This document shows positions 1-13,856 of a DNA stretch of 32,000 nt, piece by piece (position 1 is the stretch's first letter; every line of letters begins with the position of its first letter). Where the stretch lies: assembly GCA_028710695.1 (NCBI GenBank), contig JAQTTP010000002.1, positions 60,001 to 92,000 of the forward strand. The letters run 5' to 3'. Source of the stretch: Candidatus Iainarchaeum sp. (lineage in GTDB: Archaea; Iainarchaeota; Iainarchaeia; Iainarchaeales; 0-14-0-20-30-16). The notes beneath the pieces were generated by a model. It made no database searches. It saw nothing but the letters and a program-made list of their open reading frames with translations, and had not been told where the DNA came from. Position numbers and translations under genes: made by a program.

Positions 1-780
1 ATCAATGTCACAAAAATTAAAATATTTTGCTACTTCTTTTTTCCAAAAATAAATATTTCTTTTTCTAATTCCATCAGGCTGTTGATAATTTCTAGGCCCT
101 AAATTCCTTACTTTTTTGTCTTTAAAATTATAATTTACTCCAGGCATTTCTGACAAAGAAGCATAATCTTTAGTCACAATTCCTTTTAATACATCTTCAC
201 CACGGTCAGTAACAGTTCCAACAAAAACAAAATCAAAACCCAGATCCAACAAATAGTCTTCATACCCTTCTACACCAGTTCCAGAAGCCAATAAAACAAT
301 TTTTTCGCCATATTTTGATTTTAGATATTTGCCCACTTTTCCAACTTCAGTTATTCTGCTTTCAAAAGGAGTAGTACACACAAATAAGTCTACAGAATCA
401 ACCAGTTCATCAAAGCTTTTTATTGACTCTATAGGAACACCAATGTTTCTGAGTTCTATGTTGGATTTGCCATACTCTATTTTTTTATATACTGGACCCA
501 AATATTTGTTTTTCCATGAAGACGATATAAATAAATTTCTTGGGACCGCAGAAAGATTCAATAATTTAGATTCTAATTTTATATTTCCCAAAGCACTTTG
601 TAATTGCCTTATAGCAGATAAAATAGAAGTAAATGGATAATTTATTTGCCCATCATAACTTAAGACTTTTCCATCCGAACCAATTAGTTCAAATAATTTT
701 GAATCCTTGGATGGAACAATCTTCAGCTGAATGTCTTGGGGCTTTATCCAGCAGATTTTTATCTTATCCAAATTTATCAC
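1..780 (-). CDS. hypothetical protein, partial (C-terminus beyond the left edge)
   Basis: Manual translation of the minus strand from a GTG at about 780 gives an uninterrupted frame of about 260 codons to base 1: VINLDKIKICWIKPQDIQLKIVPSKDSKLFELIGSDGKVLSYDGQINYPF...VLLASGTGVEGYEDYLLDLGFDFVFVGTVTDRGEDVL... It lies just downstream of the gyrB stop and is absent from the ORF track. Confidence 0.75.
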   Translation of the reverse strand, partial: MINLDKIKICWIKPQDIQLKIVPSKDSKLFELIGSDGKVLSYDGQINYPFTSILSAIRQLQSALGNIKLESKLLNLSAVPRNLFISSSWKNKYLGPVYKKIEYGKSNIELRNIGVPIESIKSFDELVDSVDLFVCTTPFESRITEVGKVGKYLKSKYGEKIVLLASGTGVEGYEDYLLDLGFDFVFVGTVTDRGEDVLKGIVTKDYASLSEMPGVNYNFKDKKVRNLGPRNYQQPDGIRKRNIYFWKKEVAKYFNFCDID

Positions 781-789
781 AAAACAATT

Positions 790-5207
<4,418 letters not shown>

Positions 5208-5322
5208 AAATTATAGCTTAAAAACAGGCCATTTTCAACCTTATTTTGGTCTCTATATATAATATATAACATAAAGTATATAAATAGTCGGATTTTATGC
5301 TAATTTGGGGGGTGTTTTTTAG

Positions 5323-5916
5323 TTAAAAAAAGCTATAATCTTTTGAGTTTACTGTTTTCCCATACATTACTGGCCAGGTGTAATTTTTTAGTAATTTTTG
5401 TAAGTCTTGCCTCTTTTTAACGTCTGTTGTTTCTATTAAGTCTTTTAGCATAATAAGGTTGTACCCTTTAGTAAATGCAGAACTAATTGTTGCATTAACA
5501 CAACCATCCCCAAATACTCCCGCCATTATCAAAGTTCCAATCTTTTTCTGCTTTAGGTATTTATCTAATTCAGGGTTAGAAAAAGCGTCGTAAGTGTTCT
5601 TCTCAAAGATTCTATCTTTCTTTTTTGGCTTTAACAAATAGAATTCCTCTGCTTTCCCAGTTTTATCTTTAGAATAATAGCAAATTAGTGGATTTTTATA
5701 TAGTTCATTTAGATTATCTGGCAAGAATTCTTTTTTCCAGGGTTTAGTCTTTATGTAAATTACTTCTCCACGATATTTTTCTATAAATCTTTTTAGTTTT
5801 GGAACCATTTTCCGTATTTTTGAGAATGTAACTTTGTATTTCTGGATTTCATTCTCTTCTGCACAGCAAAAGTTAGTAACATCTATTACAAGTAAGGCAG
5901 TATTTTTTAGATCCAT
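5323..5916 (-). CDS. isochorismatase-family cysteine hydrolase
   Basis: ALLVIDVTNF N-terminus, a conserved Lys segment, and GVFGDGCVNATISSAFTKGY, the region with the nucleophilic Cys. Confidence 0.85.
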   Translation of the reverse strand: MDLKNTALLVIDVTNFCCAEENEIQKYKVTFSKIRKMVPKLKRFIEKYRGEVIYIKTKPWKKEFLPDNLNELYKNPLICYYSKDKTGKAEEFYLLKPKKKDRIFEKNTYDAFSNPELDKYLKQKKIGTLIMAGVFGDGCVNATISSAFTKGYNLIMLKDLIETTDVKKRQDLQKLLKNYTWPVMYGKTVNSKDYSFF

Positions 5917-6018
5917 AAGTAAAAAACAAGCCCTAGTTTTAAAAGCCTTTCTTATGCAAGAAATAACGAGAAGTTTATATAAAAAAAGTAAATAAAAAAA
6001 AGAAGAAAAAATTAGGCT

Positions 6019-8001
6019 TCAAAGAAGCCCAAGTGTTATTGTTACAATTACTGATGCGAAGATTAGAGCAACTGTGCTTAGAACCTTGATTAAAGAGTTC
6101 AATGCTGGTCCTGCTGTGTCCTTAAATGGGTCACCAACTGTGTCACCAACAACTGCTGCCTTATGAACATCGCTTCCTTTTCCGCCATAAAGCCCTTTGC
6201 TCTCAATTGTCTTCTTAGCATTATCCCATGCCCCACCAGCAGTACACATCATAACTGCTAAAAGGAACCCTGATGCAATTGATCCTGCCAAAAGCCCACC
6301 AACAGCTTCAACTCCAAATAAGAAACCCACAACTATTGGGCTTAATACCGCTATCAAACCTGGAATCAAAAGCTCTCTTTGTGCTGCTTTTGTGCTAATA
6401 TCAACACATTTTGCATAATCTGGCTTTGCTTTACCAGACATAATTCCTTTTATCTCTCTGAACTGCCTTCTTACTTCTTCAACAATTTGCATTGCTGCCC
6501 TTCCAACTGCGTTCATTAAGAATGAGCTAAACACGAATGGCAATAAAGCACCAATGAATAATCCAATTGTTACTGCTGGATTCAATAGATTTATTGTTGT
6601 TATTCCAACTGCCTCTGCAAATGCAGTGAACAATACTAATGCACCCAAAGCCGCACCAGCAATAGCAAATCCTTTTGTTGTTGCTTTTGTTGTGTTTCCT
6701 GCAGAATCTAATGCGTCTGTTACTTTTCTTACTTTCTCGTTCATTCCGCTCATTTCTGCTATTCCGCCCGCGTTATCTGTTATTGGGCCGTAGGCATCAA
6801 GAGTGATTATCAAACTTGTAAATGAAAGCATTGCTACAGATGCTATTGCAATACCATAGAATCCGCCTAAAGCATAACTTACTGCAATTGCTACTACTAC
6901 AAGTAGCATAGGTAAAGCTGTGCTTGCAAATCCAAGACCTAAACCTCTAATTACATTTGTTCCAGCACCAGTTTTTGATGCTTCTGCAATGTCTTTTACT
7001 GGTTTATAGTTTCCGTCTGTGTAATATTCAGTTATTATTCCAATTAGCACAGTAGCTATTGCACCAACTACATATGCCCAGAATACGTTCATAGGTGATT
7101 TTGTTATAAAGAAGGTTGTTAAAAATGTTAAAACAATTCCTAAACCCACTGCAACAAATAACCCAAAGTACATCTGTTTTACAATTCTGTTTTCTTTTGT
7201 TAAATTTATGCACAAAATTCCAATAATGCTTGCAATTGTTGTTACTGCTGCAATTGTTAATGGTAAAAGAGCAAACTCGATTCCCATTGTTATTCCCAAT
7301 ATCATTGCTGCCAAGATAGTAACTACAAAACTCTCGAACAAGTCTGCAGCCATTCCAGCACAATCTCCAACATTGTCTCCAACATTGTCAGCAATTACTG
7401 CTGGATTTCTTGGATCATCTTCAGGTATTCCTGCTTCAACTTTTCCAACAATATCAGCACCAACATCTGCTGCCTTGGTGTAAATTCCTCCACCAACTCT
7501 GGCAAACAAACTCATTAGGCTTGCACCAAATCCAAACCCTAACATTACGTTGAAATTTCCAAATATCAAATATAGTACACTAATTCCTATAAGGCCCAAA
7601 CCCACTAAAGCCAATCCAGTAACTGCACCACTTCTTATTGCAATACGGCCTGCGCTTTTTAAGCCATTTTCTGCTGCTTGTGCAGTTCTTATATTTGCTC
7701 TAACAGATACATTCATTCCGATGTATCCTGCCAGTCCTGAGAAAAGCACACCAACTACAAAAGTGATGGCCATAGACCAGCTCAAGCAAAAGCCAATTAT
7801 AATTGCCAATATTACAACGAATATTGAAAGCGTTTTATACTGCCTATACAAGTATGCTATTGCACCGTCTTGTATTGCTTTTGCAATCTCAATCATTTTT
7901 TTGTTCCCTCTTGGCTGTTTCATAACCCACATGGTTAGTCCACCAGCAAAAAGTAGTGTCAAAACACCGATAATAATTCCTAACAAAATTGCAATTTGCA
8001 T
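6019..8001 (-). CDS. hppA: membrane-bound ion-translocating inorganic pyrophosphatase, probably K+-independent type
   Basis: [46 protein letters not shown] signature, multiple hydrophobic helices, [10 protein letters not shown] motif. Confidence 0.95.
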   Translation of the reverse strand: MQIAILLGIIIGVLTLLFAGGLTMWVMKQPRGNKKMIEIAKAIQDGAIAYLYRQYKTLSIFVVILAIIIGFCLSWSMAITFVVGVLFSGLAGYIGMNVSVRANIRTAQAAENGLKSAGRIAIRSGAVTGLALVGLGLIGISVLYLIFGNFNVMLGFGFGASLMSLFARVGGGIYTKAADVGADIVGKVEAGIPEDDPRNPAVIADNVGDNVGDCAGMAADLFESFVVTILAAMILGITMGIEFALLPLTIAAVTTIASIIGILCINLTKENRIVKQMYFGLFVAVGLGIVLTFLTTFFITKSPMNVFWAYVVGAIATVLIGIITEYYTDGNYKPVKDIAEASKTGAGTNVIRGLGLGFASTALPMLLVVVAIAVSYALGGFYGIAIASVAMLSFTSLIITLDAYGPITDNAGGIAEMSGMNEKVRKVTDALDSAGNTTKATTKGFAIAGAALGALVLFTAFAEAVGITTINLLNPAVTIGLFIGALLPFVFSSFLMNAVGRAAMQIVEEVRRQFREIKGIMSGKAKPDYAKCVDISTKAAQRELLIPGLIAVLSPIVVGFLFGVEAVGGLLAGSIASGFLLAVMMCTAGGAWDNAKKTIESKGLYGGKGSDVHKAAVVGDTVGDPFKDTAGPALNSLIKVLSTVALIFASVIVTITLGLL

Positions 8002-8142
8002 TCATTCACCTCTCAGTTAAAAAAAGTCTAAAAATTCACCTTATCTATTTTAATAATATAATATATTACGCAAAATATATAAATGATGAGTAACAAAACA
8101 AAGTTACATAAATATATAAAGAATTATTCTAATATTATAAGT

Positions 8143-9258
8143 ATGGTTAAAGATGGATTTGTGGTGACGCCTTGGGAAGTTCAAGGCAATATAGACTATT
8201 CTAAACTAATAAAAGAATTTGGGCTTGAAGAATTTAAGAAGATCCCAAAAGCTTTGCAAGATAATGTTCTTTTCAAAAGAAAATATATTTTCGCAAACAG
8301 AGATTTTTCAAGAATATCTGATTGTATTGAAAAGAAAAAGCCTTTTGTTATGATGACTGGTCTAATGCCTTCTGGAAATATGCATTTCGGCCACAAGCTA
8401 TTAGCAGACCAGATGATTCTTTATCAGAACTTAGGCGCAAAAGTTTACATTGCAGTTGCAGACACCGAAGCCTATAATTCAAGAAATACAAACATTGAAG
8501 AACTTAGAAAAATTGCTATTGACCAATATCTAATAAACTACATTGCTCTTGGATTAAAACCAAAGAATTGTGATTTCTATTTCCAATCCTCAAGAAGTAA
8601 GGACGGAAAAAAAGCGTCTGCTTATTACACATTAGCAAATCGATTAGCAAGGCATGCAACTTTTAATGAATTCAGAGCAGTTTATGGAGAAATTTCTCCT
8701 GGAAAGATGGCATCATCTTTATTACAAGCATCAGATATGCTCCATCCACAATTAAATGAATTTGAAGGTCCAATCCCAACAATTATCCCTGTTGGTTCTG
8801 ACCAGGACCCACACATAAGATTAGCAAGAGATATTTCTCAAAGAATTAAAACAAATAATTTTATCCAAATTTCTTCAACATATCACAGATTCTTGCCCGG
8901 ATTAAATGGCGGAAAGATGAGTTCTTCAGATCCAACAAGCCACATAGCATTAAGCGAGGATCCAGAGAATATTAAAAAGATAATTAACAAATATGCATTT
9001 AGTGGTGGACAACCAACTTTGGAAGAACACAGAAAGAAAGGCGGTAATCCAGACATAGACGTTTCTTACCAATACCTAACTTACATGGAAGAAGATGACA
9101 AAAAACTGGCAAAGATTTACAATGATTATAAATCAGGGGCTTTGCTTTCAGGGGAATTAAAAGCCCTTGCAATAGAAAAGATAAGTTCATTCTTAAAAGT
9201 ACATTCAAAAGAAAGAGAAAAAGCAAAGAAGCAAGTTGATAAGTTTTTAAAAAATTAA
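8143..9258 (+). CDS. trpS: tryptophanyl-tRNA synthetase, archaeal/eukaryotic type (the ORF is open from 8083; the Met at 8143 is preferred)
   Basis: VTPWEVQG, TGLMPSGNMHFGHK (HIGH-like) and GGKMSSSDPTS (KMSKS-like) motifs. An AT-rich TATA-like stretch (aatatataaa) lies about 30 nt upstream of the internal Met. Confidence 0.93.
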   Translation: MVKDGFVVTPWEVQGNIDYSKLIKEFGLEEFKKIPKALQDNVLFKRKYIFANRDFSRISDCIEKKKPFVMMTGLMPSGNMHFGHKLLADQMILYQNLGAKVYIAVADTEAYNSRNTNIEELRKIAIDQYLINYIALGLKPKNCDFYFQSSRSKDGKKASAYYTLANRLARHATFNEFRAVYGEISPGKMASSLLQASDMLHPQLNEFEGPIPTIIPVGSDQDPHIRLARDISQRIKTNNFIQISSTYHRFLPGLNGGKMSSSDPTSHIALSEDPENIKKIINKYAFSGGQPTLEEHRKKGGNPDIDVSYQYLTYMEEDDKKLAKIYNDYKSGALLSGELKALAIEKISSFLKVHSKEREKAKKQVDKFLKN

Positions 9259-9318
9259 AAATGAAGACAAGAAAAATTAAGAGTTAATATTTATATTATC
9301 ATAGGATATATTTTTCTT

Positions 9319-10482
9319 ATGATTTTTGAAATATTAGTTGCAATCTCAGGAATAGTTACTGTTTATTCCTTAATAAATTCATTGGTAAACTTAAGAATAA
9401 CATCAGAAATATATCGACTACCAAAAACAAAAGAGAGACCTTTAGTTTCTATTCTTGTTCCAGCAAGAAATGAAGAAGCCAATATTGCAAAATGTGTTCA
9501 ATCTTTATTAGATCAAAATTATTCTAATTTTGAAATTGTTGTTTTAAATGATAATTCCACAGACAAAACTGGAGAAATCTTAGACGGGTTAAAAAAGAAA
9601 AATAAAAACTTAAAAGTAATTTCAGGAAAGCCATTACCAAAAGGTTGGCTTGGAAAGAATTGGGCTTGTCACCAACTATCTGAAAATGCAGTTGGAGATT
9701 ATTATTTATTCACAGATGCAGACACGATCCACACAACAGATATGCTTATTTCTGTAGTATCTGCTGCAAAAAATAAAGATCTAGAATTCATTTCTATGTT
9801 ACCAAAATATCCGCTAGGATCGTGGTTTGAAAAAGTTATTCTTCCGTTTATTTCATTTTTCTATTTTATACTTTCGCCATTATATGTTGGTCAGAAATAC
9901 AAGCAAGAATATCTTTCTTTAGCTATTGGCCAGTTTTTGTTTTTCTCAAAAAAAGCATATGATCAAATTGGAGGATATAGCAGAATAAGAGCAGAATTTT
10001 TAGATGATACCTCTTTTGTAAGGATAACCAGCACTTTAGGGCTTAATTGGAGATTTTATAATGGTTCAAGATTAGTATCTTGTAGATTGTACCACAACTT
10101 CAAAGAAGTATTCCACGGATTCACAAAGAATGCATATGGTTTTTTCAATGCGCACCTTTTTGTGTATATAGTCATGGTTGCATTCTTACTTACAATATTC
10201 TTTTCACCTTTAGCAGTAATAATTGCTTTTATTTTAGGAAAAGTTGGTTTTTTAGTTTACATTCTTGCAGTACTTATTATTGTAATGAACATATACATTT
10301 TCTCTATTGTACTATACAAAGTAAAAATTAGGCCATATTATTCAGTATACTATTTATTCTCTATTTTTTGTTGGCTAATTATTACCTTTTTTTCAGTACA
10401 CAGATATATTTGTGTTTTCAATAAAGGAATTGGGAGAAATGTTTATGATCACCAAAAAGGCATAAAATCATCATCAAATTAG
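9319..10482 (+). CDS. membrane-associated family 2 glycosyltransferase
   Basis: PLVSILVPARNEEANIAKCVQSLLDQNYSNFEIVVLNDNSTDKT, DADT motif, N-terminal and C-terminal hydrophobic helices. Confidence 0.9.
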   Translation: MIFEILVAISGIVTVYSLINSLVNLRITSEIYRLPKTKERPLVSILVPARNEEANIAKCVQSLLDQNYSNFEIVVLNDNSTDKTGEILDGLKKKNKNLKVISGKPLPKGWLGKNWACHQLSENAVGDYYLFTDADTIHTTDMLISVVSAAKNKDLEFISMLPKYPLGSWFEKVILPFISFFYFILSPLYVGQKYKQEYLSLAIGQFLFFSKKAYDQIGGYSRIRAEFLDDTSFVRITSTLGLNWRFYNGSRLVSCRLYHNFKEVFHGFTKNAYGFFNAHLFVYIVMVAFLLTIFFSPLAVIIAFILGKVGFLVYILAVLIIVMNIYIFSIVLYKVKIRPYYSVYYLFSIFCWLIITFFSVHRYICVFNKGIGRNVYDHQKGIKSSSN

Positions 10483-10554
10483 CCTTTTCTTTTTTATTAA
10501 ACCATGCAAATAATTAAATACAAAAAGTGCCTATCTATTTATGGATAAAAAATA

Positions 10555-11664
10555 GTGATATTTATGATGAAAGGACCGTCTAAAGGATTAAGAAGAGCTG
10601 TTGTTGCTGGAGCAGGACTTGCTGCACTTGGACCTGGTTTAGGCCATGCAGAAGCAAAACCCCACCATTTTGAGCCAACAAAACATGAGTTTAGAATGGG
10701 ACACGAGGAAAGAAGAGAGACTGCCAGCGATTTTGCAACTCCAGAAGAAATTGGGAGAGAAAAATTCAGAATTGGTCTAGAACATGCAAAGAAAGCAGGC
10801 CAAGATAAGGTAGAAAAAGGCATTGAAGAGAGAACTTTACACTTATTAAAAAAAGTTGAACGTGGAGAACTAACGCAAAAAGAAGCTCAAGAAATTGCAA
10901 GTAGAATAAATGCAGAATTAAAAGAAATTGACCCTTCAGGACAAACAAGGATTGTATCTGGGCCCGAACTTAAAAAGATGGGTTTAGTTGAAGATGCAGC
11001 ATCAATTCCAATGGGGCTTTGGAGTTTAATAATGGGCGCAGCAAAAAACTTGAACAATCATTATGTCCTAGTTCCACTTACGGAGCTTATTATTCTTTAT
11101 TCATACTTACAAGTTGCAAGAAATGCAAGAAGAAGAGGATTTTTCAAAGGCATTATTGAAAACGACCCAAATAGAGCGCATTTAGGAGACATAAGAGGAT
11201 TATCAAAGATAGAACAATTTGGAGTTCTTCCACTTATGGGCTTATATTTTGCAAACCACTATACAGCAGGAATAATTTTAGGACTAATTGCAAACCCCGC
11301 AATAAGAGCAAAGGTTGCTGGTTTGATTAGAGATTTTAATAACAGGGGCGGCAAAGGCAGAGGAGGATTCAGTTCTCCAGGTACTCCAGATCCGAGAAAC
11401 CCAGATAAAAGAGTTCTTAATACAGGAAGACCAGTTGCGGGATTAAAGGATAACTCCGGAAGAAGCCCAACAAGACGCTCGGCAGCACCAAGAACAGACA
11501 GCAGAGAAGGCTTAGGAGATAAAGCAGCAAGATTCATTTATTCTGGAGACAAAGAAGAGCCAACTGCTGCAGACTTAAGAGACGATTGGCACGACAGAGT
11601 GGCAAATACTATAGATAGAATGACTGGATTTAAACCTGGCAACAAAAGACGTGGAAGAAGTTAA
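10555..11664 (+). CDS. hypothetical protein with central hydrophobic segments and a Gly/Arg/Pro-rich C-terminal tail
   Basis: Open frame of 369 codons. The N-terminal segment RRAVVAGAGLAALGPGLGHAEA resembles a signal or anchor. C-terminal region contains RGGKGRGGFSSPG...NKRRGRS. Confidence 0.75.
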   Translation: MIFMMKGPSKGLRRAVVAGAGLAALGPGLGHAEAKPHHFEPTKHEFRMGHEERRETASDFATPEEIGREKFRIGLEHAKKAGQDKVEKGIEERTLHLLKKVERGELTQKEAQEIASRINAELKEIDPSGQTRIVSGPELKKMGLVEDAASIPMGLWSLIMGAAKNLNNHYVLVPLTELIILYSYLQVARNARRRGFFKGIIENDPNRAHLGDIRGLSKIEQFGVLPLMGLYFANHYTAGIILGLIANPAIRAKVAGLIRDFNNRGGKGRGGFSSPGTPDPRNPDKRVLNTGRPVAGLKDNSGRSPTRRSAAPRTDSREGLGDKAARFIYSGDKEEPTAADLRDDWHDRVANTIDRMTGFKPGNKRRGRS

Positions 11665-12110
11665 TTATTTTCTTTTCGCTCCCAAGGGAATACAATCCAA
11701 CCCTTGTTTTCTTTTATATAAAAATCAGGATATTTTTTACAATGCTCTTTATTAACAAAATAAACTGCTACTTTTACATCTTTTACTTTATATTCACTAA
11801 AAAGCAGATTTTTTATCCATTCAATAGTTACTCCGCTATCAACTAAATCATCAACAAGCAAAACATTCTCGCCTTCCAAATTAATCTGCGGCTTAGAAAT
11901 TATTTGTAAAGTACATCGCTTCTTGTCACAATAAGACTTTGCACAAAACAAGCCAACTTTTTTTATTTTAAGAATTTTACTAAGAAGAGTAGTTGGAATC
12001 AAACCGCCAGAAGCAATTCCAATAATAGCATCACACTTATAATTAGAATTTTTTACTTTCTCTGCCAACTCTTCTGAATATTTTTCTATTTTGTTCCAAG
12101 TAATGTTCAT
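11661..12110 (-). CDS. phosphoribosyltransferase-family protein
   Basis: PRPP-binding motif VLLVDDLVDSGVT preceded by CDAIIGIASGGLIP. Confidence 0.88.
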   Translation of the reverse strand: MNITWNKIEKYSEELAEKVKNSNYKCDAIIGIASGGLIPTTLLSKILKIKKVGLFCAKSYCDKKRCTLQIISKPQINLEGENVLLVDDLVDSGVTIEWIKNLLFSEYKVKDVKVAVYFVNKEHCKKYPDFYIKENKGWIVFPWERKENN

Positions 12111-12115
12111 TAAAA

Positions 12116-13414
12116 TTATTTCTTAAATGCACTTGCGGTTTTACCTGCATCCCAAGTTGTTCTTGGCCTTATCTTTACAAGCCACAATTTCTCAGAATTA
12201 TCGTCCAATATTAATGCATAACCTTTTGCTCTAGGCATTCTTCCAAAATATTTGTCCATATCTTCATACAAATAACTTGGCCTCAAAGCAGCAACAGCAT
12301 CAATATCTGGCTTTGCAGTCATTCTCATACTAATGAAAAGATCACACTGCGAGATTGCATCAGGATGTAATTTCTCAGGCCTCTGTGTAGCCAATAATAG
12401 ACTTAATCCTGGTTGTCTTCCAACTCTTACCCATTCTAATAAAACATCCAATGCCATACTCGGCCTATCCTTAGGCATGAACATGTGGGCTTCATCAATA
12501 AGCATCCAAATCATTGGAAGATCATTTTTCTTTTCGCCCTCGCTAATTAAGGTTATTTCTTCTTTTTTTCTTTCAAGCATTCTTTCTTCATATAATCTTT
12601 TTCCAATTAATGCAACAATGATCTCTCTTATGTTCTCCATTCCCAAAACTTGGCCGTAAGTAGAAACATCAATTATATTTATTGTTCCAGGCTTTGCCAT
12701 CTCTCTAACGCTAGTTCCATTCTTTGAAAATATACCCCAAGATTCTGCAACATCAAATCTATTCTTCAAACTTATCTTTGTATCTTTGTCATAATCTGGC
12801 AACAAATCAATTGTTGATTTTAGTTCTTTAATTCCATAATAAGTTCCAAAAGTATCTTTTGCTTTTTCAACTACGTCCAATAATAGCGCAGATTCTTTGT
12901 CGTTCCAGCCCAACTTAAACATTGAGAACCATTCCATTGGATCTAAGTCTGCAGTTTTTATTGTAAAAGCACCATCTACTGGCATCTTGTTTTTCTGATA
13001 AAATTCTAATTTGCCTTCCGGAACCATAACTCTTAGGTTTTCCATTCCTTCTGGCTCCAAACCCCATTCTCTTATAGAAGATTCTTCTTCTTTATTAGCT
13101 AATTTCATACTCCAAAAGATCCCAACAGTATCAATTACAAAAATAGACATTCTGTTTCTCACATCTACAGGTAGTTTTGTAAACCCTTCCATAAAAACAG
13201 ACATTGTGTAGGACTTTCCTCCACCCCTCTTACCACAAATAAGAACAACGTGCGGAGCAGCAAGGTCAACTAGAACTTTTCTTCCCAAAACTGGGCTTTC
13301 TCCAGAACTCATTACAACCTTTGCAAGGAATCCTGTTCCTTTTGCCCCATATTTTGTTATATCCTTTTCAGGACGGCCAACAATAATATCATCACTAGCA
13401 AGCTCAAATGACAT
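12116..13414 (-). CDS. HerA/FtsK-superfamily ATPase (DUF87-like), short paralog
   Basis: Walker A CGKRGGGKS, Walker B MIWMLIDEAHMF, downstream RQPGLSLLLATQRPEKL. Confidence 0.92.
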   Translation of the reverse strand: MSFELASDDIIVGRPEKDITKYGAKGTGFLAKVVMSSGESPVLGRKVLVDLAAPHVVLICGKRGGGKSYTMSVFMEGFTKLPVDVRNRMSIFVIDTVGIFWSMKLANKEEESSIREWGLEPEGMENLRVMVPEGKLEFYQKNKMPVDGAFTIKTADLDPMEWFSMFKLGWNDKESALLLDVVEKAKDTFGTYYGIKELKSTIDLLPDYDKDTKISLKNRFDVAESWGIFSKNGTSVREMAKPGTINIIDVSTYGQVLGMENIREIIVALIGKRLYEERMLERKKEEITLISEGEKKNDLPMIWMLIDEAHMFMPKDRPSMALDVLLEWVRVGRQPGLSLLLATQRPEKLHPDAISQCDLFISMRMTAKPDIDAVAALRPSYLYEDMDKYFGRMPRAKGYALILDDNSEKLWLVKIRPRTTWDAGKTASAFKK

Positions 13415-13511
13415 AAATATCCCTTAATATCACACAAAAGTCTATGTATATAAGTAGAAATAATATATAAAGATTAGGTTATTTGTAAAAAAGAAAAAGA
13501 GAAAAAGGGGG

Positions 13512-13736
13512 TTAAGGAGTGATCATTATTAAAGAGTCCCCTCTTAACATTGCTTTTCCGTATTTTACTTTTACGCTGTTGTCTTCTTCTAATGATTCTG
13601 CATCATCTAATACAACATTCATGTGTACATCAAAGGCAACTAATTTACCCCTGATCTTTACATTTCCTTTCATTAAAACTAATACTGGTTTTCCGATCCA
13701 ACTATTCAAGTGGTCGAAAGGTCTATCTTCTGCCAT
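13512..13736 (-). CDS. Sm-like archaeal protein (LSm/SmAP)
   Basis: Sm1 and Sm2 motifs: LNSWIGKPVLVLMKGNVKIRGKLVAFDVHMNVVLDDAE...KAMLRGDSLIMI. Confidence 0.93.
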   Translation of the reverse strand: MAEDRPFDHLNSWIGKPVLVLMKGNVKIRGKLVAFDVHMNVVLDDAESLEEDNSVKVKYGKAMLRGDSLIMITP

Positions 13737-13760
13737 TTTAATTCCTCCAAACTACCTTCC

Positions 13761-13856
13761 AAAAAGCCTTTTTAGCCAAGAAAGCTTTTTGCGTTAAGCA
13801 AAAAGTTTCAGGGTTCTAAAGCTTTTTTCACCTTGAAAAAAGCCTTTTTAACCAAG
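13761..13856. repeat. 20-bp imperfect direct repeat pair (about 13761-13780 and 13837-13856) flanking a hairpin
   Basis: aaaaagcctttttagccaag and aaaaagcctttttaaccaag differ at one position. The second copy is within the 3' end of the minD-like gene. Hairpin arms cttttt-gc and gc-aaaaag enclose gttaa at about 13785-13805. Confidence 0.7.
13785..13805 (-). terminator. candidate intergenic hairpin between the minD-like and LSm genes
   Basis: 8-bp perfect stem CTTTTTGC/GCAAAAAG with a 5-nt loop, extendable with outer pairs. Function unproven. Confidence 0.35.

Noticed and set aside
329-640. 103-aa plus-strand ORF in the track
   Set aside because: It is antisense to a continuous, more protein-like minus-strand frame of about 260 codons that runs off the left edge.
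7028-7363. 111-aa Asn/Cys-rich minus-strand ORF inside hppA
   Set aside because: It is an out-of-frame overlap with a well-supported pyrophosphatase gene and has a biased composition.
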